Made by a program: the position numbers and the translations under genes
DNA from: Alphaproteobacteria bacterium UBA6178
GTDB taxonomy: Bacteria; Pseudomonadota; Alphaproteobacteria; Rickettsiales; UBA3002
Reading direction: 5' to 3'
DNA length: 64,000 nt
Assembly (NCBI GenBank): GCA_002422205.1
Contig: DITS01000033.1
Span: 4,083-68,082 of the forward strand
The notes under the pieces: model-generated
Told to the model about the DNA's origin: nothing
Databases searched by the model: none
The model's input: only the letters and a program-made list of their open reading frames with translations
Part shown: piece by piece, positions 45,791 to 56,542 of the stretch
Layout of the letters: every line of letters begins with the position of its first letter
How positions within the stretch are numbered: the stretch's first letter is position 1

Positions 45791-47208
45791 AACATTTATG
45801 GACCATGCAGGAGGTGGCGCAGGCCACCCAAGGAAAAGGTGGCAGCGACTGGGCTGCGACCGGAGTGAGTATTGACAGCCGAAAGGTGCAGTCCGGAGAT
45901 ATTTTTATTGCACTCAAAGGTGCAGCATTTGATGGGCATGATTATGTGGCCCAAGCGCTGGCATCGGGTGCGGTGGCGGCGATTGTGAGCCATGTTCCGC
46001 AGGGTGTGGATGTGGCAACGCTGATGCTGGTGGCCGATACGGAAAAGGCGTTGCAGGATTTGGGTATTGCTGCGCGCAAGCGAAGCCATGCAAGGGTGAT
46101 TGGCGTGACAGGTAGCATCGGTAAAACCGGCTGCAAGGAAATGCTGAAAGTGGCGCTGGCAACAGCGGGGAAAGTGCATGCGACTTCGGGCAATTATAAT
46201 AATCATCTGGGTGTGCCGTTGACATTGGCGACGATGCCGCGCGATACGGAGATTGCCATTTTTGAAATGGGCATGAACCATGCGGGCGAGATTTCGCAAT
46301 TGTCGAAATGGGTGAAACCGCATGTGGCAGTGATTACGACAGTCGAGGCCGCGCATATAGAATTTTTTGAAAATATTGACGCGATTGCGAATGCGAAAGC
46401 GGAGATTTTTGATGGAATGGGCGGCGCTGGTGTGGCGGTGCTGAATATTGATAACCCACAATTTTTGCGGCTGCAGAAGCATGCGGTGACGCGTGATCTG
46501 GATCGGGTATTGTCGTTTGGCGCGTCGGATGATGCGCTGTGCCAGCTGGTGCAATATGGCATTGAGAATGTGCATTCTACCGTTGATGCGGTGATTGCGG
46601 GGACGCGTATGCAGTATCGTCTGGGCGCGATTGGCAAGCATTGGGGGTTGATGTCGGTGGCGGTGCTGGCGGTGGTGGATGCGCTGGAAGCGGATTTGCC
46701 TAAGGCCGCTGCGGCGCTAGAGTTTTTCAGTGAACCGGAAGGGCGCGGCAAAATTTCGCAGATGCAGGTGCAGGGCGGGTATTTGCGTTTGATTGATGAT
46801 TGCTATAATGCATCGCCCGCGTCGATGGTGGGTGCGTTTGAAAAAATGGCGGATTTGCGCGATGCAAGCCCCGAGCCGGTGCGTACGATTGCAGTGCTGG
46901 GGGATATGCTGGAGCTGGGTGAGCGGAGCCGCGAGCTGCATGTGGGCCTGGCTCCTACACTTGTGAATAACCATATTGATCTGGTATTTGCTGCTGGTGA
47001 ATTTATGAAACAGCTTTATGATGCGTTGCCGGAATCGATGCGCGGGGATTATGATAAAACCGCAGCAGGGCTTGCACCCAAAGTGGTCGGGCGCCTGCAG
47101 CATCAGGATTTGGTATTGATTAAAGGATCGAATGGCAGCCGTATGCGTGATGTGAAAAATGCGATTGAGCATAACGCGCAAAAGCTGGAAGAACGGAAGG
47201 ACGCGTAA
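45787..47208 (+). CDS. murF: UDP-N-acetylmuramoyl-tripeptide--D-alanyl-D-alanine ligase
   Basis: VTGSIGKTG, FEMGMNHAGEI, and its position in the dcw order. Confidence 0.95.
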   Translation: MKHLWTMQEVAQATQGKGGSDWAATGVSIDSRKVQSGDIFIALKGAAFDGHDYVAQALASGAVAAIVSHVPQGVDVATLMLVADTEKALQDLGIAARKRSHARVIGVTGSIGKTGCKEMLKVALATAGKVHATSGNYNNHLGVPLTLATMPRDTEIAIFEMGMNHAGEISQLSKWVKPHVAVITTVEAAHIEFFENIDAIANAKAEIFDGMGGAGVAVLNIDNPQFLRLQKHAVTRDLDRVLSFGASDDALCQLVQYGIENVHSTVDAVIAGTRMQYRLGAIGKHWGLMSVAVLAVVDALEADLPKAAAALEFFSEPEGRGKISQMQVQGGYLRLIDDCYNASPASMVGAFEKMADLRDASPEPVRTIAVLGDMLELGERSRELHVGLAPTLVNNHIDLVFAAGEFMKQLYDALPESMRGDYDKTAAGLAPKVVGRLQHQDLVLIKGSNGSRMRDVKNAIEHNAQKLEERKDA

Positions 47209-48294
47209 ATGCTCTATAATCTGCTGGTGCCGTATGCTGACCAGTTCCAGCTGTTTAATCTGTTTCGCTATCTGACGTTTCGTAGCGGTGGCGCGGTGAT
47301 GACAGCGCTGATTTTGAGTTTTCTGATCGGGCCGGCGGTGATTCGCTGGTTGCGGCTTAAGCAGTCGGGCGGGCAGCCGATTCGCGAAGACGGGCCGGAA
47401 TCGCATCTGTCGAAAAAAGGCACCCCGACCATGGGCGGGCTGATGATGCTGTTCTCCGTTGGGGTTTCGACGCTGCTATGGGCTGATCTGACCAATGAGT
47501 ATGTGTGGGTGGTGTTGTTTGTCACGCTGAGCTATGGCTTTATCGGCTTTAGCGATGATTATTTAAAAGTGAGAAAGAAAAACAGTAAGGGCCTGCGCGG
47601 TAAACTTAAACTGCTGGGGCAGATTGCGGTGGCGCTGGTGGCGGTGCTGTGGGTGCAGAAAATTTCGCATGATTCGCTCGATAATATGCTGGCGATTCCG
47701 TTTTTCAAAAACCTGCTGCTGGATTTAGGCTGGCTGTTTATTCCCTTTGCGATTGTGGTGATGGTGGGTGCATCGAATGCGGTGAATCTGACCGACGGGC
47801 TGGATGGGCTGGCGATTGTACCGATTATGATTGCGGCGGGCTGCTTTGCGCTGATTGCGTATCTGGTAGGCAATGCGGTTTTTGCGAATTATTTGCAGAT
47901 TCTGCCGGTGCCAGGAACGGGGGAGCTGGCAGTATTTTGTGCAGCGATGATTGGAGCAGGGCTTGGATTTTTGTGGTTCAATGCGCCGCCGGCGATGGTG
48001 TTTATGGGGGATACGGGCAGCTTGTCTTTTGGGGGTGCGCTGGGTGCAATCAGCGTGATTACCAAGCATGAGCTGGTGCTGGCGATTATCGGTGGATTGT
48101 TTGTAATGGAGGCGGTGTCGGTGATGATGCAGGTAGCGTCGTTTAAGCTTACGGGTAAGCGCGTGTTTCGCATGGCGCCGATACATCATCATTTCGAAAA
48201 GAAGGGCTGGGCCGAGCCGACGGTGGTGATTCGTTTCTGGATTATTGCGGTGATTCTGGCGTTGATTGGCCTGTCGTCGCTGAAGCTGAGATAG
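47209..48294 (+). CDS. mraY: phospho-N-acetylmuramoyl-pentapeptide-transferase
   Basis: [20 protein letters not shown], and MGDTGSL. Confidence 0.97.
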   Translation: MLYNLLVPYADQFQLFNLFRYLTFRSGGAVMTALILSFLIGPAVIRWLRLKQSGGQPIREDGPESHLSKKGTPTMGGLMMLFSVGVSTLLWADLTNEYVWVVLFVTLSYGFIGFSDDYLKVRKKNSKGLRGKLKLLGQIAVALVAVLWVQKISHDSLDNMLAIPFFKNLLLDLGWLFIPFAIVVMVGASNAVNLTDGLDGLAIVPIMIAAGCFALIAYLVGNAVFANYLQILPVPGTGELAVFCAAMIGAGLGFLWFNAPPAMVFMGDTGSLSFGGALGAISVITKHELVLAIIGGLFVMEAVSVMMQVASFKLTGKRVFRMAPIHHHFEKKGWAEPTVVIRFWIIAVILALIGLSSLKLR

Positions 48295-48296
48295 TT

Positions 48297-49703
48297 ATGA
48301 TTCGCTTGCCTTTTTTAGCGCAAAAACATGTAGCGGTTTTGGGGTTGGGCAAAAGCGGCATCGCAACGGTGGATGCGTTGCTGGCTAGTGATGCAATGCC
48401 CGTGGTGTGGGACGACAAACCACAAGCGCTTGAGGATTTTGCTGCGAAATACCCGCAGGTAAAAGTGGCCGAACCTGAGGCATGGGATTGGGCGCAGGTG
48501 AGCATGGTAGTGTTATCGCCCGGCTTGCCTTACACGCATCCTGCACCCCATAAGGGCGTGTTGCTGGCGCAGCAAAACGGGGTGGAGATTGTGGGTGATA
48601 TTGAGCTGCTTTATCGCGCGCAGCCGGATGCTACCATTATTGCGATTACGGGGACGAATGGGAAATCGACAACGACGAGTCTGATTGGCCATATATTGCA
48701 GCAGGCGGGGCGTCACGTGCAGGTCGGTGGTAATCTGGGGCTGCCGGTGCTGGCATTTGAGCCGTTGGGTGCGGACGGTATTTATGTCGTGGAGTTATCA
48801 TCTTATCAGCTCGATCTGGTGCGCACGACGGTGTTTGATGTGGCGGTGCTTTTAAATCTCAGCGCCGACCATATTGACCGGCATGGCGATTTGCGCGGCT
48901 ATATTGCAGCGAAGGAGCATATTTTTGAGCGTCAGGGGAATGAGCAGATTGCGATTGTCGGGGTGGATGATGCGATAAGTGAATCGCTGTGTCATAGCAT
49001 GATTGAGCGGGGCATGCAGCGTGTGATTCCGATTATGACGACGCAATCATGCGATGCAGGGATTTGGGTGGAAGACGGGCAGTTGCATAATGCACTGGCG
49101 CAGCCGGAAATGATGATGAATTTATCGCAATGCAGCAATTTACGCGGAGAGCATAATCATCAAAATGCTGCGGCGGCTTATGCGGCCTGCTGGTCGGTGG
49201 ATGTGGCGCATGCGGATATTGAAAAAGGCATGATGAGCTTTCCCGGTTTGGCGCATCGGATGCAACGTATTGCCGAGCTGGATGGGGTTGTGTGTGTGAA
49301 TGACAGCAAGGCGACCAATGCCGATGCGGCGGCGAAATCGCTGGGTAGTTATGAAGCGATATATTGGATTGCAGGCGGTGTGGCGAAAGAGGGTGGCATA
49401 GAGCCGTTGGGCCATTATTTTCCGCGCGTGCGCAAAGCGTTTTTGATTGGTGCCGCGCAGGATGATTTTGCGGCGACGCTGGAAGGGCATGTAGGTTACG
49501 AGAAAAACGGTACGATGGAGGCTGCATTTGCTGCAGCATTGCGTGCAGCAAAAATGGATGCGGTTGAGGGGGCAGTGATATTGTTGGCACCGGCTTGCGC
49601 ATCATTTGATCAGTATCAGAATTTTGAGCAGCGCGGTGAGCATTTTGTGCGGCTGGTGATGGATGCGCAGGCGCAAAACACTGAGGCAAAATATGCAGTT
49701 TGA
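48297..49703 (+). CDS. murD: UDP-N-acetylmuramoylalanine--D-glutamate ligase
   Basis: ITGTNGKSTT, and its position. Confidence 0.95.
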   Translation: MIRLPFLAQKHVAVLGLGKSGIATVDALLASDAMPVVWDDKPQALEDFAAKYPQVKVAEPEAWDWAQVSMVVLSPGLPYTHPAPHKGVLLAQQNGVEIVGDIELLYRAQPDATIIAITGTNGKSTTTSLIGHILQQAGRHVQVGGNLGLPVLAFEPLGADGIYVVELSSYQLDLVRTTVFDVAVLLNLSADHIDRHGDLRGYIAAKEHIFERQGNEQIAIVGVDDAISESLCHSMIERGMQRVIPIMTTQSCDAGIWVEDGQLHNALAQPEMMMNLSQCSNLRGEHNHQNAAAAYAACWSVDVAHADIEKGMMSFPGLAHRMQRIAELDGVVCVNDSKATNADAAAKSLGSYEAIYWIAGGVAKEGGIEPLGHYFPRVRKAFLIGAAQDDFAATLEGHVGYEKNGTMEAAFAAALRAAKMDAVEGAVILLAPACASFDQYQNFEQRGEHFVRLVMDAQAQNTEAKYAV

Positions 49704-50820
49704 CCGCACCAATTTATCGGCGATCGGGCGCTGGTGGTGGACGGTGGACCGGCCCATCTGGTTTGCGCTGTTGATGTTGATGTGTTTGGGTGCGGTGATG
49801 GTGACGGCATCGAGCCCGCCGGTAGCAGAGCGGCTTGGCTATGACGCCTTTTATTTTGTGGGGCGACAGCATGTGTTTTTGGTGTTGGCGTTGCTGGTGA
49901 TGTTTACGGTGTCGCTGTTATCGGTGCCGAATGTGCGGCGGTTGGCGGTATTATTATTTCTGCTTTCGCTGGTGATGTTGCTGCTGCTGCCTTTGATTGG
50001 CTATGAGAATAAGGGTGCGACGCGGTGGTTTCGGTTTTTGGGTGTGTCGGTGCAGCCATCGGAATTTATGAAACCGGCCTTTGCGGTGGTAGTAGCATGG
50101 ATGTTTTCAGAGCGGTATAAAACGATTGGTTTTCCCGGTTTTCGTATTGCGCTTGTGACCTATGCGATTGTGACGGCATTGCTGATCACGCAGCCGGATT
50201 TTGGCATGGTAGTGACGGTATCGGGCGTGTTTGGCGCGCAGTTTTTTTTAGCGGGCGTGCCCGTGGTGTGGGTGCTGGTGATGCTGGCAGCAGGTGCTAT
50301 TGGTGTGGTGATGGCGTATCAGATGCTGCCGCATGTGAGCCACCGTATTGATCGGTTTTTGGACCCGTCATCGGGTGATAATTATCAGGTGGAAAAATCG
50401 CTGGAGGCATTTAAAAATGGTGGCTGGGTCGGGCAGGGGCCGGGCGAGGGGACGGTGAAGCAATTCATTCCCGATTCGCATACCGATTTTGTGTTCTCGG
50501 TTGCGGGTGAGGAATATGGCGTGCTGGTGTGTTTGGTGATCATCGGGCTGTTTGGGTTTATTGTATTGCGCGGTTATTTGCGGCTGATGCGCGAGACCGA
50601 TTTATTTATTATTATTGCGGTGGCGGGCTTGCTGGCGCAGTTTGGTATTCAGGCGATTATCAATATGGGTGTGGCGGTGAATTTGTTGCCTGCCAAAGGG
50701 ATGACGCTGCCGTTTTTATCCTATGGTGGGTCATCGTTGATTGCGATGGCGATTGGTATGGGGATGTTGCTGGCGCTTACGCGCAAGCGGTATGGGCAGT
50801 ATAAGGTGAATCTGAGGTAG
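49693..50820 (+). CDS. ftsW: peptidoglycan glycosyltransferase / lipid II flippase FtsW
   Basis: SEDS blocks (QPSEFMKP, PDSHTDFVF, LPAKGMTLPFLSYGGSS). The start is at MQFDRT. Confidence 0.93.
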   Translation: MQFDRTNLSAIGRWWWTVDRPIWFALLMLMCLGAVMVTASSPPVAERLGYDAFYFVGRQHVFLVLALLVMFTVSLLSVPNVRRLAVLLFLLSLVMLLLLPLIGYENKGATRWFRFLGVSVQPSEFMKPAFAVVVAWMFSERYKTIGFPGFRIALVTYAIVTALLITQPDFGMVVTVSGVFGAQFFLAGVPVVWVLVMLAAGAIGVVMAYQMLPHVSHRIDRFLDPSSGDNYQVEKSLEAFKNGGWVGQGPGEGTVKQFIPDSHTDFVFSVAGEEYGVLVCLVIIGLFGFIVLRGYLRLMRETDLFIIIAVAGLLAQFGIQAIINMGVAVNLLPAKGMTLPFLSYGGSSLIAMAIGMGMLLALTRKRYGQYKVNLR

Positions 50821-50845
50821 TAGGTTTTAGGTTTTAGGTTTTAGC
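50821..50845. repeat. heptamer tandem repeat (TAGGTTT x3.5)
   Basis: TAGGTTTTAGGTTTTAGGTTTTAGC, directly after the ftsW stop. Confidence 0.75.
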
Positions 50846-50915
50846 TAAGTACAGATAGGCTTTGCACTCGTGGAGAGGCTATTGTAAGCATAAGGTTTCA
50901 CCAGTGAACGGGTTT

Positions 50916-52067
50916 ATGCAACAGACAGGAACAGGACAAGTGATTGTGCTCGCGGCAGGCGGGACGGGTGGTCATATTTTTCCGGCAGAATCGCTGGCGG
51001 AGGCGCTGATTGCACAAGGGCGCAAGGTGGTGCTGATTACCGATAAACGCTTCGCGGATTATGGCGCGTCGAGCTATGAAGGCGTGATCGGTGATATTCC
51101 GGTTTATTATATTCATGCCGGTGGGCTTGGTGGCGGACTGGTGAAAAAACTGTGCGGTATGGTCTGTATCGCGCTGGGGACATTGCAGGCGCGCCGCATT
51201 ATGCGAAAATTAAAACCGGCGGCGGTGGTTGGGTTTGGCGGGTATCCGTCGTTCCCAACGATGCTGGCGGCAACGCAGATGAAGCTGAACACGGTGATAC
51301 ATGAACAGAATTCGGTGGCAGGGCGCGCGAATCGTGCGTTATGCCCCAAGGTAAAGCGGATTGCCACTTCGTATCCTAATACGCAAAGGCTGCCGGGGCA
51401 GTGTGGCAATAAGGTGCAGATGACGGGGAATCCAGTGCGGGCGGCCATTAAGGCGCTGCATCATGTGCCGTATCCGGAAGTGCAGGAAGATGGCACATTG
51501 CGGATTCTGGTGATGGGAGGGTCGCAAGGTGCGCATGTGTTTAGTGCGGTGGTGCCGGAGGCAATTAAATTATTGCCGGAAGCGATGCGCGCGCGGGTGC
51601 GGATTGATCAGCAATGCCGTGCGGGGGATATTGAGCCAACACGGGCGGCCTATAAAGCGATGGGGATGCAGGTGGATTTGGCACCGTTTTTTAATGATAT
51701 TCCGGCTAGATTAGCGTCGGCGCATCTGGTGATTTGCCGTGCGGGTGCCTCGACCGTGGCGGAGCTGACCTGCGCGGGGCGGCCTGCGATTTTGGTGCCC
51801 TACCCGCAGGCAACGGATAACCATCAATATCATAATGCGCAGGCGATTGAAGATGTGAGTGCGGGCTGGGTGATGCCGCAGGAAGGCTTTACGGCGCAGG
51901 CGCTGTCGGCGCGGCTTGAATCCTTTTTGAATTTGCCGCATTTGCTGCCTAAGGCGGCGGCGCAGATGCGCACGCTGGGACGTATTGACGCGGCGCAGGA
52001 TCTGGCCAGGCTGGTACATGATGTTTCGGGTAATGCGCGGGAGGCGAAGCAGAATTATATTCCGTGA
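50916..52067 (+). CDS. murG: UDP-N-acetylglucosamine--N-acetylmuramyl-(pentapeptide) pyrophosphoryl-undecaprenol GlcNAc transferase
   Basis: VIVLAAGGTGGHIFPAESLAEAL, and RAGASTVAEL. The start is at MQQTGTG. Confidence 0.95.
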   Translation: MQQTGTGQVIVLAAGGTGGHIFPAESLAEALIAQGRKVVLITDKRFADYGASSYEGVIGDIPVYYIHAGGLGGGLVKKLCGMVCIALGTLQARRIMRKLKPAAVVGFGGYPSFPTMLAATQMKLNTVIHEQNSVAGRANRALCPKVKRIATSYPNTQRLPGQCGNKVQMTGNPVRAAIKALHHVPYPEVQEDGTLRILVMGGSQGAHVFSAVVPEAIKLLPEAMRARVRIDQQCRAGDIEPTRAAYKAMGMQVDLAPFFNDIPARLASAHLVICRAGASTVAELTCAGRPAILVPYPQATDNHQYHNAQAIEDVSAGWVMPQEGFTAQALSARLESFLNLPHLLPKAAAQMRTLGRIDAAQDLARLVHDVSGNAREAKQNYIP

Positions 52068-52093
52068 GGAGTATTGGAAGACGGGAAAGAGTC

Positions 52094-52160
52094 GTCATCC
52101 CTGCGGAAGCAGGGATCTTCATGGGAGGTGGATTAAGATTCCTGCTTTCGCAGGAATGAC
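52094..52160. repeat. 67-bp composite element with GTCAT...ATGAC termini (two opposed hairpin repeats)
   Basis: GTCATCCCTGCGGAAGCAGGGAT-cttcatgggaggtggattaag-ATTCCTGCTTTCGCAGGAATGAC, in the murG-murC spacer. It has the same architecture as 30491-30558. Confidence 0.8.
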
Positions 52161-52198
52161 GGCAATAGAGGATAATTATAAAGCATGAAGGTAGTCGT

Positions 52199-53671
52199 AT
52201 GAACCAATCACCTATTCGACCGTTTCCGGTTGCCAAGACCATGTCGCTGGATGTGGGGTTATTGCATTTTGTGGGGATTGGCGGCATTGGCATGAGCGGG
52301 ATTGCCGAGCTGCTGCATAATCTGGGTTATCAGGTGCAGGGGTCGGACGTAGCAGAAAGCGCTAATGTGGAGCGGCTGCGCGGGTTGGGGATGCAGGTGA
52401 TGGTCGGCCATGAGGCGGCGCATGTTACCGATGCGGCGGTGGTGATTATTTCCTCGGCGGTGAAGGCGACGAACCCGGAGGTGGTCGAAGCGCGCAATCT
52501 GCGTATTCCGGTGTTGCGCCGCGCGGAAATGCTGGCGGAGCTGATGCATTTGAAAATGACGGTGTCGGTGGCGGGTACGCATGGCAAGACCACGACGACG
52601 TCATTGATTAGTGCGTTATTTGAGGCGGCGGGGCGCAATCCGACGGTGATTAATGGCGGGATTATTAATGCCTATGGTACCAATGCGGTGCTGGGTAAGG
52701 GCGAGTGGATGATTGTGGAAGCCGATGAATCGGACGGGACGTTTATTCGCATTCCGTCATCGGTGGCGGTGGTGACGAATATCGACCCTGAGCATCTTGA
52801 TCATTATGGCAGCTTTGATGCGCTGCGTGCGGCGTTTAAGCAATTTCTCGATCATATTCCTTTTTATGGGTTTGGCGTGTTGTGTATGGACCATCCGGAA
52901 GTGCAGGCGCTGATTGCGCAGATTACTGACCGGCGGATTATTACCTATGGGGTGTCGCCACAGGCCGATGTGCGCGCGGTGCAGGTGCGGCAAACGTCGA
53001 GCGGGCAGCATTATGATGTGGAAATTACCAACCGTGCGGATGACAGTGTGCATGTGATTCGTGATGTGCATTTGCCGATGTTTGGCCAGCATAACCTGAC
53101 CAATTCACTGGCGGCGATTGCGGTGGCGCATGAGCTGGGGATGCCGGACGGTGCGATTGTCAAAGGCTTTGGCAGCTTTAGTGGTGTGAAGCGGCGCTTT
53201 ACCAAAACCGGCGAAGTGGGTGGCATCACGGTGATTGATGATTATGGCCATCATCCGGTGGAGATTGCGGCGACGCTGAGTAGCGCAAGGCAAGCGGTGA
53301 GCAGCAATGGCGGGCGCGTGATTGCGGTGGTGCAGCCGCATCGCTTTACGCGGTTAAAAAGCCTGTTTGATGATTTTTGCACCTGTTTTAATAATGCGGA
53401 TATGGTGCTGGTAGCTGATGTGTATACGGCAGGAGAAGACCCGATTGAAGGTGCAAACCGTGATGCGCTGGTGGAGGGGATTCGTCGTCATGGGCATAAG
53501 CATGTCGCGCCGCTGGATTCGGAAGAGATGCTGGCCACACAGGTGGCGGCATTGGCTAAACCCAATGATTTTGTGGTGTGCTTAGGCGCGGGCAGTATTT
53601 CGAAATGGGCAAACGCATTGCCGGCGCAACTTGAAAAGGTGATGGATGCAAGCCGTAAAGCCAGTGCGTGA
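52199..53671 (+). CDS. murC: UDP-N-acetylmuramate--L-alanine ligase
   Basis: [17 protein letters not shown], and [12 protein letters not shown]. The start could instead be MSLDVG at 52241. Confidence 0.95.
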   Translation: MNQSPIRPFPVAKTMSLDVGLLHFVGIGGIGMSGIAELLHNLGYQVQGSDVAESANVERLRGLGMQVMVGHEAAHVTDAAVVIISSAVKATNPEVVEARNLRIPVLRRAEMLAELMHLKMTVSVAGTHGKTTTTSLISALFEAAGRNPTVINGGIINAYGTNAVLGKGEWMIVEADESDGTFIRIPSSVAVVTNIDPEHLDHYGSFDALRAAFKQFLDHIPFYGFGVLCMDHPEVQALIAQITDRRIITYGVSPQADVRAVQVRQTSSGQHYDVEITNRADDSVHVIRDVHLPMFGQHNLTNSLAAIAVAHELGMPDGAIVKGFGSFSGVKRRFTKTGEVGGITVIDDYGHHPVEIAATLSSARQAVSSNGGRVIAVVQPHRFTRLKSLFDDFCTCFNNADMVLVADVYTAGEDPIEGANRDALVEGIRRHGHKHVAPLDSEEMLATQVAALAKPNDFVVCLGAGSISKWANALPAQLEKVMDASRKASA

Positions 53672-54566
53672 GCCGACGCTTCTAGCGCGATTGCCGTCTG
53701 TACGCGGGCGTTACCGTGAGCATGCTTCGCTGGCGGAAACCACCTGGTTTCGTGTGGGCGGGGTAGCTGATATTTTGTTTAAACCTGCGGATGTGCAGGA
53801 TTTGGCGGATTTTATGCGAGCCAAACCGGCTGATGTGCCGGTGACGGTGCTGGGTGTGGGATCGAATGTGATTGTGCGCGATGGCGGGATTGACGGGGTG
53901 GTGATTCGCCTTGGGCGGGGCTTTACCGATATGGATATGGAAGGTGATATGCTAGTGGTTGGCGCGGCTTGCCTTGATGTGCATGTGGCGCAATTTGCGG
54001 CGGAGCAATCACGCGCGGGGCTGGAGTTTTTGGTGGGCATTCCCGGCACTATGGGGGGGGCGCTGGCGATGAATGCGGGCGCTTATGGGCGCGAGATGGT
54101 GGATGTGCTGGTGGCAGCAGAGGCCGTGAGCGCGCAAGGCGAAATCCGTTGGTTTGATTGTGCGGAGCTTGATTATCGCTATCGCCATTGCGGGCTGGGC
54201 GAGGGGTGGATATTTACCCGTGCGCGCTTGCGCAGCGAAGCGGGCGACAAAATGGCGGTTTTACAAGCCATGCAGGCGATATCGGATGCGAGGGAAGCCA
54301 GCCAACCGGTGCGCGCGCGCACCGGTGGCAGCACATTCCGCAATCCAACGGGGCAAAAAGCGTGGGAGTTGATTGACGCCGCCGGTTGTCGTGGTATGAT
54401 GCTTGACGGGGCACAAGTGTCAGAGAAGCATTGCAACTTTCTGATTAACACGGGCACCGCTACCGCGCAGGCGCTTGAGCAATTGGGTGACATGGTGCGG
54501 CAAAAAGTCAAAACGCATTCCGGCATTGATCTGGAATGGGAAATCAAACGAATCGGCAAGAAGTGA
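53646..54566 (+). CDS. murB: UDP-N-acetylenolpyruvoylglucosamine reductase
   Basis: [27 protein letters not shown], and NFLIN. Confidence 0.95.
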   Translation: MQAVKPVREPTLLARLPSVRGRYREHASLAETTWFRVGGVADILFKPADVQDLADFMRAKPADVPVTVLGVGSNVIVRDGGIDGVVIRLGRGFTDMDMEGDMLVVGAACLDVHVAQFAAEQSRAGLEFLVGIPGTMGGALAMNAGAYGREMVDVLVAAEAVSAQGEIRWFDCAELDYRYRHCGLGEGWIFTRARLRSEAGDKMAVLQAMQAISDAREASQPVRARTGGSTFRNPTGQKAWELIDAAGCRGMMLDGAQVSEKHCNFLINTGTATAQALEQLGDMVRQKVKTHSGIDLEWEIKRIGKK

Positions 54567-54570
54567 ATGA

Positions 54571-54676
54571 AGTGGCTGGTGACTAGTGGCTAGTGACTAG
54601 AGAGTTATAATGTAGAAATGGCTAACAGCATTTTTTGTTTTTCTTTCTAGCTACTAGCCACTAGTCACCAGCCACC
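54571..54676. repeat. large inverted repeat with 7-bp-periodic arms (GTGGCTGGTGACTAGTGGCTAGTGACTAGAG ... CTAGCTACTAGCCACTAGTCACCAGCCAC)
   Basis: The arms lie at 54571-54602 and 54648-54676, filling the murB-ddl spacer. A related copy lies at 60711-60775. Confidence 0.8.
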
Positions 54677-54691
54677 CTGTAGGTGGAGCCG

Positions 54692-55591
54692 ATGCATATT
54701 GCCGTATTAAAAGGTGGATTTTCAGCTGAGCGCGAGGTGTCGCTGATGAGCGGCGCGGCGGTGGAGCGCGCATTGCAGGCGTTGGGTTACCGCGTGAGCG
54801 TGATTGATGTGAGCCGCGAATTGTCGTTACAGTTGGATGCGGTAAAGCCGGATGTGGTGTTTAACGCGCTGCATGGGCGCTATGGTGAAGATGGCACGGT
54901 GCAGGGCGTGCTGGAAATTGCGGGGATTCCCTATACGCATTCGGGTGTGCTGGCGTCGGCGCTGGCGATGGACAAGCCGATGGCGAAAAAGATTTTTGCG
55001 CAAGCGGGGCTGCGCTGTGCGCGTGGCGGCGTATTTACCAAGGACCAGATGCTGGCGGGCGATGTGATGGCGCGGCCCTATGTGGTGAAGCCACTGAACG
55101 AAGGCTCGAGCGTGGGCGTGAGCATTGTACGCGAGGGCGATAATTTTTATTTTGATAGCAATAACTGGCCATTCGGGGAGACGGTGCTGGTGGAGCAATA
55201 TATTCCCGGGCGCGAGATTCAGGTGGCGGTGCTGGATGATACAGCGCTGGGCGCGATCGAGATTAAACCGTTGAGCGGTTTTTATGATTATGAAGCGAAA
55301 TATACCGATGGCAAGGCGCAGCATTTAATGCCCGCACCGCTGGATAAAACGCGTTATGACGAGGTGTGTGAGCTGGGCTTGCGCGCGCATCAGGCGCTGG
55401 GATGCCGTGGGTTGACGCGCTCTGATTTCCGTTTTGATGAGGCGGGCGATGGGTTGTTTTATATTTTGGAAACTAACACGCAGCCGGGGATGACGCCACT
55501 GTCGCTTTCGCCGGAAATTGCGGCACATGCTGGCATTGATTTTAATACACTGATTGACCGGCTGGTGAAGGGAGCGCGACTGGATGGTTAG
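54692..55591 (+). CDS. ddl: D-alanine--D-alanine ligase
   Basis: MHIAVLKGGFSAEREVSL, HGRYGEDGTVQG, and EGSSVGV. GTG 54683 is an alternative start. Confidence 0.95.
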   Translation: MHIAVLKGGFSAEREVSLMSGAAVERALQALGYRVSVIDVSRELSLQLDAVKPDVVFNALHGRYGEDGTVQGVLEIAGIPYTHSGVLASALAMDKPMAKKIFAQAGLRCARGGVFTKDQMLAGDVMARPYVVKPLNEGSSVGVSIVREGDNFYFDSNNWPFGETVLVEQYIPGREIQVAVLDDTALGAIEIKPLSGFYDYEAKYTDGKAQHLMPAPLDKTRYDEVCELGLRAHQALGCRGLTRSDFRFDEAGDGLFYILETNTQPGMTPLSLSPEIAAHAGIDFNTLIDRLVKGARLDG

Positions 55592-56504
55592 GCGCATGAC
55601 CAAAGCGCGCCGTGCGGCGCGGCCCGTTGTGCATGCCAGTAAATGGCAGGCGGAATGCGCGCTGATTAACCGCCAGAAAGGCAAGCAGCGCTGGTGGATG
55701 AGTTTTCGCCGCCGATGCATGATTGTGGGGGCGGCGATGGTGTTGCTGCATTTGGCCGTGGGCGGCTGGTGGGTGGTGCATACGGGACAGATTCAGGCCG
55801 CGTATATGGCGGCGCAACTATGGATGGGCGACCAGACCAAACTGGCCGGATTTGAAGTGAAGCGCATTGAAATTGAAGGCTCAAAAAAAGTGCCGCCGAT
55901 GATTATAGTTGAGGCGATGGGGGTGAAGGTGGGCGATCCGATTTTGCCGCTTTCCATTCGCGATATGCGTGACAAGCTGGAGGCGTTGCCGGAGATTCGC
56001 AGCGCACGGGTGGAGCGGAATCTGCCCAATATCTTGCATATCAGTGTGGAAGAGCGCGAAGGTGCGGCGTTGTGGCAACATTTGGGTAAGCATCAGCTTA
56101 TTGACCGCGACGGCACGGTGCTGGCGAATCAGGAGCGTGAAGCGGGGAAGCGGTATTTGGTGCTGGTGGGTGAGGATGCGCCCAGCCATGCGCAGGCGTT
56201 TTTTGCCATGCTGAGCCGCACGCCGGAGCTGGCAGCGGAAGTGGTGGCCGCCAAACGGATTGGGAAAAGACGGTGGAATATTAGTTTGCGTAATCAGCTG
56301 GTGGTGAAGCTGCCGCAGGAGGCGCCGCAACAGGCATGGTTGCGCTTTGCGCAGATGGTACGCGATGAGCAGTTGCTAGATCGTGCAATTAAGGCTATTG
56401 ATATGCGTATAGAGGATCGGCTGTTTATTGCCACAGATCCCGATGATGGTCCGACTCCGGCAGGCGCGATTCAACCCGTGCTGACATCGGCGCATGATAC
56501 ATGA
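55584..56504 (+). CDS. ftsQ: cell division protein FtsQ
   Basis: Basic N-terminus, single TM, POTRA-like IEIEGSKKVPPMIIVEAMGVKVGDPI, and its position. Confidence 0.88.
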   Translation: MVRRMTKARRAARPVVHASKWQAECALINRQKGKQRWWMSFRRRCMIVGAAMVLLHLAVGGWWVVHTGQIQAAYMAAQLWMGDQTKLAGFEVKRIEIEGSKKVPPMIIVEAMGVKVGDPILPLSIRDMRDKLEALPEIRSARVERNLPNILHISVEEREGAALWQHLGKHQLIDRDGTVLANQEREAGKRYLVLVGEDAPSHAQAFFAMLSRTPELAAEVVAAKRIGKRRWNISLRNQLVVKLPQEAPQQAWLRFAQMVRDEQLLDRAIKAIDMRIEDRLFIATDPDDGPTPAGAIQPVLTSAHDT

Positions 56505-56542
56505 GCAGCTATGACACTACTTGTACTGACGATTGAAACATT

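Noticed and set aside
45796-46641. 281-aa minus-strand ORF, and similar R/H-rich ORFs throughout 41-57 kb
   Set aside because: They are antisense or out of frame relative to murF and the other dcw genes. Their arginine/histidine-rich translations are characteristic of wrong-frame reading.
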